In this document: piece after piece, positions 27,142-37,912 of the stretch
Numbering within the stretch: the first letter of the stretch is position 1
How the letters are laid out: every line of letters begins with the position of its first letter
Origin: Guillardia theta CCMP2712
Lineage: Eukaryota > Protista > Cryptophyta
Assembly (NCBI RefSeq): GCF_000315625.1
Contig: NW_005434481.1
Coordinates: 21,106 to 85,105 of the forward strand
Reading direction: 5' to 3'
Length of the DNA stretch: 64,000 nt
Translations under genes and position numbers: made by a program
The notes under the pieces: model-generated
What the model saw: the letters and a program-made list of their open reading frames with translations, nothing else
Databases searched by the model: none
Told to the model about the DNA's origin: nothing

Positions 27142-28442
27142 ATGTACACAAGACAGAAGCAAGTCCTCAAAAGCCTTTCGCAGCTCTTGTGCTAGAAATG
27201 CGGGAGCATCACCTTCCCTGATATTTCCACCTCCACCCCCATCTCAATCTCGTTCTCTGCCTGTCGGGGTCACCAGACTCAACAGCTCCAGTTCACCTGT
27301 GTTTGTGCCCTCCACAGGACGATCGTCTCCTAGCATGAAGAGCACGGAAGTTTCCTCACGCAGAGCTGATTCTCTGCGTTGTGGCTTGAGTTTCACCGCC
27401 AGATCTCTGGGAAGCGGGGCGGTCTTGACGACGAGGTCTATACCGGGCTGCACGGGAGCGGCCTCGAAGTTCATGACAGGGGCCACGCTGACCTCATGGC
27501 CATCATGGCCTGAGCAGAGGCGATCTTGAGCAGTGTCTCCCATGGGACTCCGCCCGCGGTCGTGTGGATGACCTGGTTGACGGGAGGGCAGGTCCCCCGC
27601 CAGGACGAACATGTCCATGCACACCTTCATCGCGGGGTAGGAAGAATGCCCATTCGGATCGATGCGATTGCGTTGTCGCTGATGGGGAAATCCTCATCGT
27701 TTTGCTTACAGAAGATCTGCAGGGCACGCACGAACGGGTGCTGGCAGGAGTAGATTAGAGGGGCTGTATGTTGCCTCTCACTCTGCTTGCACAGGCGCGT
27801 GGTCATATTTTGCCGGTATGAAATGCTTTATGATTTATACAGTCGATACACCGTCTGTCTTGTCCTCGGCGGATGACGGGCTCATTTCCGAGTACTTTCT
27901 CTTCGTTGCCGTTTATACGCCCGCGCGGCCGAGTCGGGCAGGTCGGCCAAGTTTTGCTTGTGTATCTCGTATTAAAAGACGATCATCCGATGGAGTCCGA
28001 TAGCAGCTTGACACTGCCAAGATTCCCGGAAAGATGGCAGGTGTCGGGGTAGCTATCGGAGAAGCCCTGGCTCCATGCGAGTGCCTTGGTCTTGAAATCC
28101 TTCCAGTTGGTGTTGGATAGGACAGAGCAGTCGGAGGGGAGCCTCTCTGACATGCTCTCACTGCGAATTTTGTTCTCTACCTTGCCCAGCACTGTCTCCA
28201 TCTGGTCTCTCGAAGCTAGCGGAAAGATAATCGATCTCTCCGACTCGTCACTCAAGGCTCCAAGCCCGCCCCACAGAACAACTTTTGAGAGTCGCCCCCG
28301 GACAGTCGTCCGAGTCTCCGAGCCCGAGCCGAGTCTGCGGCGGGGCTGTGCGATCTTGTCCGGCCAATAGTTGGGATCGAGTCTTCGACCCTTGATCGGA
28401 CGTGGCGGCGGCGCCACTGATCATCCGTTCAAGTGTTCAAGC
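27142..28442 (-). pseudogene. copy 2 of the duplicated decayed gene; its right end is interrupted by GC-rich insertions
   Basis: Direct repeat of 24932-26170. Retains about 137 bp (27565-27701) that is absent from copy 1. Confidence 0.65.
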
Positions 28443-29200
28443 AGCCCGCCGCCGGGCACACTGCCCTGAGGCGGCCGCTGAGGGCCCGGCCTCAGGGCCT
28501 CACCGCGGCCGGTCACCGTTGCCACTCAGGTCAGTTCAACGCCGGGTTACTAGCCTACTAGGCGGCTAGTACGGTAGGCTCACGGCGTTGCCGGGCCCGG
28601 CGCTCGGCCGGCACGCCCGTCGTGACCGTACCGGGGTCTCAACTTCCGGGCCGCGCCCTGAGTTGATTGCGAGTCACTGAGTGGCTAGTAACCGGGCCGC
28701 GGCCGTTTGACGAGCACTGCGCATCGGAGTGTTCACGCCGGGGGGACTGCCGCCGGGGCGCGGCCCGTCGCCGGGCCGGCCGGGACGGTTGCCAACTTTG
28801 AAGTTGGCATACCGCCGCCGGGCACCGGTGACCGGGCGGCGGCGTGCCACCGTCACGGCCGTCACTGCCGTCACAGTGCGGTGGCCCGGGCCCGGTGACC
28901 GCTCACGGTCCCGGCCCCGCCGGCCGCCGGCTCAGTCCCGACTCCGAGTCACTGGCCGCAGTGGGCCAGTGGATCATCCGATCGGTCGGATATCCGGTAC
29001 TATAACTCCTGCAAGCCCGAGCCCGTGGCGGCATCCGTGCCTCGAAGTTCACCGTGCCACCGGCACGGTGAACTTCGGAACGTAGGCTCGCCCGGGCTCC
29101 TGCAGTACCATCAACCCCCCCCATCTCCCTCCCCCCCCGCCCCCCCGTCACGGACTCGCCGGTACGTTCCCCCCCCACCGTACTAGTACCGGTCATGGGC
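28300..29200. repeat. GC-rich hairpin/palindrome-dense block
   Basis: 16-bp perfect stem 29043-29077 (cgaagttcaccgtgcc-acc-ggcacggtgaacttcg). Also tgccaactt-tg-aagttggca (28790-28809), gtactagtac, cggatatccg, ccctgagg...cctcaggg and actagcc...ggctagt. Confidence 0.85.
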
Positions 29201-29991
29201 ACTCATTTGTTTTGACTCGTTTTGTTGCCGGGTAGGGTCGTCTTGGCTCCATGGCGTGACTGTCGGTACTTTTACAAGACAGTCACGGAATCCGAGTCAG
29301 AGTTTTACTACTCAATGTTGTGACAGGGGTCCATTTGATGGAAAAGAGGGGGTAGTCAGGTCTGGCACACTGACAGACAGTCGGTAGTTTTCAATCAGTC
29401 GGGGGCAATGAGGGGTAGTCGTTGATTGATATACGAAGAGGTAGGGTGAGTTTGAACACCTATGGAGGGGTGATCTGAACACCAAGCCCCTGCCAGGGGT
29501 AGGTAGGTTCAAGGAATAAACTCTGATTGCGAAAAGCTTGGTTTTGGTTCACAGTCATGTCCACCAAGGAGTAAAGTACCTTGATCCGAACGAATCATTG
29601 TGTTTTCAAAATGTTTTATTCGAAAACTACAATTTACTACTGTTTTAATAGAACACGTAACAATGACTGCCGTGAAGCGATGTGGTTTTGAGACCCATCC
29701 TAACGTACAGGTCGAGATATGCGTCCTTTGCTCCTTGCCATGTCAATGTCCGACTATATCATACTACCCCTACCCCCCTTGATTCATCTTTCGTGTAACC
29801 CACCCGTACCTTAATCATGTTTGAACCCTCGATATGCCCTGGAACAAATTTAGAGATTTCACCCCTACCCCCTCATTTCGACCTCTGACCCAAAGATACA
29901 TAGAGGGCAGAGGGTGGGGGTGTAGACGGGAATCAGGGGCATCGCAAGGGGGTGACAAAAACCAGGAGCAAGAGCGCGGTAGAACATCGAC

Positions 29992-31162
29992 ATGCTGCAG
30001 GCTGCCAAGCAACGCTTCCTCTCCTTCCGTCGGTCCCAGACCTCTCCCTCTCCCCTTCTCATCTCCTCCAATCCTCCCTCCTCCTCCCATGCCTCCTATC
30101 ATCCAGCAGAACCTTGCGAGATCTCCGAGGCTTCCGGGTGTGACTTGAGTTACGACCGACTTATGCCAGCCGCGCCCCAAGGGAGCATGCTGCGGAGAAG
30201 ACATGGCTTCCGAGCGAACTTCCAGGAGGAGTTCGAGAAGCTTGATGCCAATGGTGACGATGACCGCTGCGTGTGGATGTAGGGCTGACGCAAGCATGCA
30301 GGGGACGGGTTCCTGACGCTGGAGGAGCTGGCGGCAGGGCTGAATCATCACATGGGGGAGGCAGAGCTCATCGCTCTGTTCAACAAGCTGGACACGAACA
30401 AGGACGGGAGGATCTCTCTCGACGAGTACGTCATGGGCAGCGTGAACAACTGCAGAGAGCACGCCTCGAGGGTTCAGGACGGCGTGACGGAAAGTATCAA
30501 CAACCTGGAGCACGTTCTAGACGATTTGCGCAAGGACAAGACGTTGGACAGCTTGTCCAAGCTGATCACAGATTCGATCGAGAAGAGAAACAAGGCGGTG
30601 TGGAAGGAGAAGAAGGGGATCTACCGGAAGATGCCCTACGACGAGTTCAAGAACCTTTTGTTCTCCAAGTTCGATGCCCGAGACGCGAGCAGGAGCGGAG
30701 GCATCAACGAGGACAGGGCGCTTGTCTTGTTCCAGGACCTCGGCAAGACTTTCTCCAAGCCCGACTTCCGCGTGTTTCTCAGCAGCAACGACGTGAACCA
30801 CGAGGAGGACATCTCTCGCGAGCAAGTGCTAAAGCTGATGCTCGAACTGCTCAAGGAAAAGGCCAAGTTCTCCAGCTCCGTTCGCCGACTCATGGTGCTG
30901 TCCCAGCCCAAGAAGTCTCCAGCAGGACGAAGCGTCGAGGACTACCTGCAGCAGCAGGTGGAGGAGATCAAGGACGCGGGCAAGAAGGCCAAGTTGTGGA
31001 AGAAGAACGCTCTCAAGGCAAGGTCGTTCGGGGCCAAGTCAAACAAGCTCGCAGCTGCTCAGCCCGTCCTGCGTCGAGCTGCTTCAGCTGATCAGGCCAA
31101 CTACTTCCAGTGGGAGTTCAAGAGGCTGGACACGAATGGTGTGAACTTCTGCTCCCCTTTCA

Positions 31163-31201
<39 letters not shown>

Positions 31202-31517
31202 ACTTCCCTGAGGCTCCTGAATATGTGGTGTTTTCTCTGATGTTGAGCTCCAGGGGATGGCGTCCTAACGGCCGAAGAGCTCTTTGACGGGCTCAAGCAT
31301 CGGCTCGGGCAGGATGAACTTTCCGAGCTCTTCGACAACATTGTAAGTTGATGGTGCTGCAGGGAGGGCGAGGGAGAACATGGCGAGGGGGAGCGAGGGA
31401 AGGCGAAGGAGGAGCAACTGACTGTCTTGACAGGATGTGAATGGAGATGGTCTGATCAGCCAAGATGAATATGTGGAAGCAAGGAAGACAATGCAGGCAT
31501 TCCAGAAGCTGTTCTAA
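29992..31517 (+). CDS. multi-EF-hand calcium-binding protein (4 canonical + 2 degenerate EF hands; 3 introns)
   Basis: Spliced loops DANGDGFLTLEE, DTNKDGRISLDE, DTNGDGVLTAEE and DVNGDGLISQDE. Stop TAA at 31515-31517. Confidence 0.9.
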
Positions 31518-31699
31518 GCCATGAGTGATGATGTAGAATATCGTGATGAGGTTGTACATAAACAGCGTGTGGTCGAGAATTGTATGCTTGTTCTCTGGGA
31601 TAAAGAGGACTAAACAAGGGAGGCGAGGAGGAAGAGGGAGGGGGGCGAGGGGACGAGGAAGAAGACAAACGGAAGAGATTCAGGCAAGGTGAAAGTTTT

Positions 31700-33517
31700 C
31701 TCAAGAGTTTGCACTGTCTGTCTGTTGAGCAACCTGCATGGCTGTCATGTTGAGAAATCTGGTTCAGAGGATGGAAGGAGGCAGGAAGAAAGGAGGGGCA
31801 GGAAAAAGGAGGGAGGACGAAGAAAGATTCAAGAGGAGGAGAAAGGAGGACGAGAGGAGCAAACAAAAGGCGAGGTTGAAGAAAAAGCCTCACAGCGTCT
31901 GCTTGCGCCAAGGGAACATCATCTTTTTCTTCTCTTTTCTCTAATTGCTGCTAAAACATTGCTTGTTACATGGAAGGAGGAGGATGAACATACCTGGTCA
32001 GGTTTGCGATCTTGCGGCGCATGAGAGCGAAGAAGAAGAGTTCCCATGCAGAGGTTGAGGATGCAAAACATGAAGAGAGACCTGAAGAACACGGTTGAGG
32101 ACGGCAAGATATTGATGGAAGAGAAGGAGAAAAGATTGAATTGTCAAGACCGACGATTAACAGGAGTTTGTTGATGTGATTGTGATGGTCGCGGTAGTGC
32201 TAAAGGTTCTGGTTGTAGAGAACAGGCAGCAGAGGGAGATGAGGAAAACAGAGGAGGAGGGGAAAAAGGTGGAGGTAGTCCTTTCAGTTGTTGAGGATGA
32301 GGAGAAGAATGAGGAGGAGAAGGATAAGGACGAGGAGGAGGAGGAGGAGGAGGAGGAGGAGGAGGACGACGACGAGGAGGAGGAGGAGGAGGAGGAGGAG
32401 GAAGAGGAAGAGGAAGAGGAGGATGGAGGAGGAGGAGGNNNNNNNNNNNNNNNNNNNNNNNNNNNNNNNNNNNNNNNNNNNNNNNNNNNNNNNNNNNNNN
32501 NNNNNNNNNNNNNNNNNNNNNNNNNNNNNNNNNNNNNNTAGAAAACGAGAGGGAGGAAGAGGAGAGGAGAGGTGGGGGAGAGGAGCAGGAGGGGAGGGAA
32601 GGGGAAGGGAGGGAGGGGAGAGCAGACCAGAGCAGACCAGAGAAAAGAGGCAAGGATACAAAAAGAGGAGAGGAGAGAAAAGAGGAGAGGAGAGAAAGAG
32701 GAGAGGAGAGGGGAGGGGAGGAGAGGAGAGGAGAGGAGAGGAGAGGAGAGGAGAGGAGAGGAGAGGAGAGGAGAGGAGAGGAGAGGAGAGGAGAGGAGAG
32801 GAGAGGAAAGGAGAGAATTGAGGATAAAGACGGGCGAAGCACAGCACAAAAGAGGATGGAACTATTCTGAGTGTACCGACAGCAGTGTAGACTATGGAGG
32901 CGCTTTCGTCTGGCTGATTTCGCTCTGCGAAGTTGTGAGGAAAAGAAAACGATAGAGAGGAGGGGAGGAGAGATGAGATGAGAGATGAGAGATGAGAGAT
33001 GAGAGGAGGAATGGGCGAGGAGGAAGAAGTAGGAATTGGAACAGGACGAGGAACGAGGAAGAGAGGGAGACAAGAAGTGCGATAAGAAACGAGACTGCAG
33101 AAGGAAGAGGAGGAGGAGGAGTAGAACGATGATACCTGACAGAAGAGCTTTGATATGAACATTTAAACCCCCCCATCCTAACCCCAGATGTTTGGTCAGC
33201 CACACCTCTAATTCCAACACTGTCTCCTCCTCCGCCACCATCTCTACCTCCACCTCCTCCCCTTCCTCCCTCGACCACGAGCTCGTTCTTGTCTCCGTCC
33301 TTGTCCTCGTGCTTGTGCTCGTCCTCGTTCTTACCCATGTTTTCCTTACGTCTCATCGTACGCTACTAGTAGCATCTCCTACCCTTCCTCTACCTCTAGA
33401 CTCCTTCTCCCTCCCTTTTGTCTTTCTTTGCTCTTACCTAAAGTCCCTATGACGGTGGAAAACACCAGAGCCCAGCACTGGATATGTACTCAACAATTGA
33501 ATGTAGCTCGCACACTC

Positions 33518-33552
<35 letters not shown>

Positions 33553-35224
33553 TCCATCATCATCATCATCATCTCCATCATCGTAACGTCATCTCTATCT
33601 CCATCATTGTTATCGTCGTCGTCGTCGTCATCATCATCATCATCATCATCATCATCGTCATCATCATCACACCTGCCATGTTCGTATTGCTTCTTCGAAT
33701 GTGTAATTTTGCTCATCTTGCTCCGGATCTAACCAGCTGCCACCTAACGACGACGATGATGCTGCCGTCGGTTTTTCCTGAAAACTCTCCATCAGCTTTC
33801 TCTTCTCGTCCTCGCCCTCGCCCTTGCCCTTTCCCTTGTCCTTGTCCTTGTTCTCGTTCTCGTTCTCCTCCTCGCCCTCGTCCTCTCCCTTGTCCTCGTT
33901 CTCCTCCTCGTTCTCTCCCTCGTCCTCGCCCTCGTCCTCGTCCTCGCCCTCATCCTTGTTGCCCTTTCCCTTTCCTCTCCTTTCTCCCTCCTCTCTCTCA
34001 CCGTCGTCACGCCATCTGCTCGCTGTCCAACATGGTCCGGCCTCTCGACCAGGAAAAAGAGCGAAAATTGCAGGATAGCGAGGACAATCACCCCTGGTAA
34101 GAGGTCAGAAGGAGGCGCCCCCCCCCCCTCTCCCTCCTCCTCCTCCTCTTCCTCCTCCTCCTTCTCCTGATCCTGCTCTTGCTCCTGGTCCCCCTGGTCC
34201 TCCTCTCACTCCTCCTGATCCTGATCGTGATCCTGCTCCTGGTCCTCCTGGTCCTTCTGGTCCTCCTGGTCGTCCTCCTCTCACTCCCCTGATCCTGATC
34301 GTGATCCTGCTCTTGATCCTCCTGGTCCTTCTGGTCCTCCTGGTTGCGTCCTCTTCCTCCTGATCGTGATCGTGCTCCTCCTGCTCCTGCTCCTGCTCCT
34401 CCTCCTCCTCCTCCTCCTCCTCCTCCTCCTCCTCCTCTTCCTCCTCTTCCTCCTTCTCGATCACCTTCCATTCTTGTCGCTGCTCGCCAACCGTAGGCCG
34501 ACATGAGCTGATCAAAGGCTGCAGCACAAAGAAGTTGAATCCCCAAAACAATCTGCAAGATCAGCAGGAGTGAGACATTCTTCTTCCTTGTTCTCTTCCT
34601 TGTCATTCTTCTTCCTTGTTCTCTTCCTTGTCATTCTTCTTCCTTGTTCTCTTCCTTGTCATTCTTCTTCCTTGTTCTCTTCCTTGTCATTCTTCTTCCT
34701 TGTTCTCTTCCTTGTCATTCTTCTTCCTTGTTCTCTTCCTTGTCATTCTTCTTCCTTGTTCTCTTCCTTGTCATTCTTCTTCCTTGTTCTCTTCCTTGTC
34801 ATTCTTCTTCTTTGTTCTCTTCCTTGTCATTCTTCTTCTTTGTTCTCTTCCTTGTCATTCTCTCTCTTATCAGGAGTGAGACATTCTTCTTCCTTGTTCT
34901 CTTCCTTGTCATTCTCTCTCTTATCAGGAGTGAGACATTCTTCTTTCTTGTTCTCTTCCTTGTCATTCTCTCTCTTATCAGGAGTGAGACATTCTTCTTC
35001 CTTGTTCTCTTCCTTGTCATTCTCTCTCTTATCAGGAGTGAGACATTCTTCTTTCTTGTTCGCTTCCTTGTTATTCTCTCTCTTATCAGGAGTGAGACAT
35101 TCTTCTTCCTTGTTCTCTTCCTTGTCATTCTCTCTCTTATCAGGAGTGAGACATTCTTCTTTCTTGTTCTCTCCCTTGTCATTCTCTCTCTTATCATTGT
35201 TTTCAGACAATCCCAAGAGCATAA

Positions 35225-35289
<65 letters not shown>

Positions 35290-36471
35290 TGCTGCTCCTG
35301 CTGCTCCTGCCCATCCACCGCCTGCTCTCTGCCTCTATCTCCCATCTCTGCCCTCCACCACCATGATTTCATTGTCTTCTCCCTCCCTCCTCACTTTGCT
35401 TCTCCTCCCATTTTTCCCAACCATCTCCTCCTCCTCCTCCTCCTCCTCCTCCTCGTTTTTCCTCTTTGTCACCTGCAGTCCGGCCATGGCGCGTCCTCGC
35501 CACCTGTGGAACCATCGGTTGACGGTGAAGATGGCGCAGAAGCCCATGGTCTCAGGTCCGAACATGCGCAGGCAGAAGTAGCAGAGGATGAAGAGGAAGC
35601 GGTTGCTGGTGTAGGCTGAGGCAGGTAAGAGATTCTGATACGATTGAGCACGGGGAGAAGAATCAAGGGAGAAGGAGGAGGAAGATGAGGAAGAAGAAGA
35701 GAAGAATAGAAACGGCAGAAGCATAGAAAGATGAAGTCTAGTTGCATCAACACGCGCAGGAGGAGGAGGAGGAGAAGGAGGAGGACGAGGAGGAGGACGA
35801 GGAGGAGGATCAGAAGAAGGAGGAGGAGGAGGTGGAGGTAGACCAGGAGGAGGAGGAGGAAGCAGGAGGAGCAGGAAGAGCATCTTACAGAGGAGGAAGA
35901 TGGCGGAAAGGAAGATGAGCTGTCCTGCACAGACCGTCCTCCAGGGGCCGAACNNNNNNNNNNNNNNNNNNNNNNNNNNNNNNNNNNNNNNNNNNNNNNN
36001 NNNNNNNNNNNNNNNNNNNNNNNNNNNNNNNNNNNNNNNNNNNNNNNNNNNNNNNNNNNNNNNNNNNNNNNNNNNNNNNNNNNNNNNNNNNNNNNNNNNN
36101 NNNNNNNNNNNNNNNNNNNNNNNNNNNNNNNNNNNNNNNNNNNNNNNNNNNNNNNNNNNNNNNNNNNNNNNNNNNNNNNNNNNNNNNNNNNNNNNNNNNN
36201 NNNNNNNNNNNNNNNNNNNNNNNNNNNNNNNNNNNNNNNNNNNNNNNNNNNNNNNNNNNNNNNNNNNNNNNNNNNNNNNNNNNNNNNNNNNNNNNNNNNN
36301 NNNNNNNNNNNNNNNNNNNNACCTCAAGGTCCACCACTAGCCTTTCAGTGTAGAGCCCCAGGAAGAACGTCAGGCCCGGAGACTCGGCGAGCTTGAGGGG
36401 CAGGCAGCCACACACGTACACAACCCACCCCAGCCACAGCCAAGGGTACCTCCTGCGGTACTGTGAGGGGG

Positions 36472-36522
<51 letters not shown>

Positions 36523-36850
36523 AGAGCAGCAGCAGCAGCAGGAGCAGCAGCAGGAGCAGCAGCAGGAGCAGCAGCAGCAGCAGGCGCATGAGCAGCAGGA
36601 GCAGCAGCAGCATGGGAGGAAGTAGCATGACTAGGATGAGTAGGATCATGCGAAATAGGACGGGGTTGGGGGGAAGAAGAGCTAAAGTCGAGGGACGACA
36701 AGGACAAACGGCGAAGGGTGAGAGCGAACTCGAGGAGGAGGCAGGAAGTCTGATCGAAGAGGGTAGGAGGAAGAACCTGGAGAGGAAGGAGAAAGGGATT
36801 CTCAAACCATCAAATGGGTCCTTGTCCTGTGGCTGCTGACTCTCTCGCAT
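31700..36850 (-). CDS. Major facilitator superfamily transporter (MCT/OFA-like); many small exons, SSR introns, two gaps; ends approximate
   Basis: Exons encode PGLTFFLGLYTERLVVDL, FGPWRTV, VNRWFHRWRGRAMAG, LMSAYGWRAA, VERPDHVGQRADG and YTFEEAIRTWQCWALVF. These are characteristic MFS_1 motifs in the correct order with GT-AG junctions. Confidence 0.8.
34565..35195. repeat. higher-order minisatellite: ~10 x 28 bp followed by 6 x 54 bp
   Basis: 28-bp unit cattcttcttccttgttctcttccttgt. The 54-bp unit caggagtgaga+28mer+cattctctctcttat starts at 34871, 34925, 34979, 35033, 35087 and 35141. Confidence 0.93.
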
Positions 36851-37282
36851 GGCTGATGATTTCTTGACTTTGATTCAGCTCCTCAGTATCAGTTTGCTCT
36901 TGCCACCAACATAGATGCTGTCTCAGCTGATAGTGATGTAAAGCTCCTCCCCTCTTCAGCTCCCGTTGATCTGTTTTCCCTGTTCGTGTACTTGCTCCTG
37001 CTTCCTCTGCTTCCGTCCTTCCTTCCTCTCCCCGCCCTTCCCTTGGCTTTCCGTCTACTTCTCGTCTTCCTAGTGCTTGTCCTCGTCCACACTCTCCTCA
37101 GCTTGCTCTCGCTCTCGCTCTCGCTCTCACTCTCCCTGCTGTCCTAGCACCCCATCAACATTTCCGTCTTGGTTGGGTCCCTCAATATTCTTTTTATTCT
37201 ATTTTTTTTATCTTTTACGGTCATCTTGCGATTTAAACCGGTTTGCTGACTCGATGGGACTCATCGAGCTTACAGTGGGTGG

Positions 37283-37298
37283 GGGTACTATAGTACCC
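37283..37298. promoter_or_regulatory. perfect 16-bp palindrome in a divergent intergenic region
   Basis: gggtactatagtaccc lies between the divergently oriented MFS and PES-like genes. The regulatory role is inferred only. Confidence 0.3.
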
Positions 37299-37912
37299 AC
37301 TAAATAAGTGTCAATGAAGGCTATAAAATGGGGGTATAAGGTGATGAAGATGTTTCAGGGTGAGATAGGTTGTGAATAACACATAAGGAAAGAATTCAGC
37401 AAGGAGAAAAAGCGAGGGGAGGAGGAGTAGGAGGAGGAGGAGGAGCAGGAGCAGGAGCAGGAGCAGGAGGAGCAGGAGGAGGAGCAGGAGCAGGAGCAGG
37501 AGCAGAACTTATGAATATTCGTGGCAGGAGCAGAAGGGGATGAGACTGAGATACATCGGGCATTATGGTTGACACGAGGCCAGGGAACAGGATCAAGAAA
37601 CTGGTTGGGCTTCAGAACAAAGATCTGAGATTCGGAATAAGGAAGCTGAGATTCGAGATGTGAAACGATGGTTTGAGGAAGATAAATAATCAGTTCATGA
37701 CAAGAATATCGTTTCATTATGGTGAATGGAGGGAGTGGATGAAAGATGGCGCCGTGGAGAGGTATGATGGTGACGGAGCTTTAGGTTGATTTGTTTGGAT
37801 TCACTCTAATTTGTGTTGTCACGAGCTAGTTCCAATGAAAACACCGCACTGCATGTTGTGTTTCCTGTCCTGACAACAATTTACTGATGTATGACTGCAG
37901 CCCAGACTGAAC

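Noticed and set aside
24932-28442. LTR retrotransposon (two long direct repeats)
   Set aside because: No TG..CA termini, PBS/PPT, target-site duplication or gag/pol seen. The repeats look like gene-derived sequence.
28674-29202. Arg/Pro/Gly-rich ORFs in the GC block
   Set aside because: Stop-poor because of composition. They occur on both strands and contain no domain.
34565-35195. CRISPR-like regular repeats
   Set aside because: The units are contiguous with no unique spacers, there are no cas genes, and the context is a eukaryotic intron.
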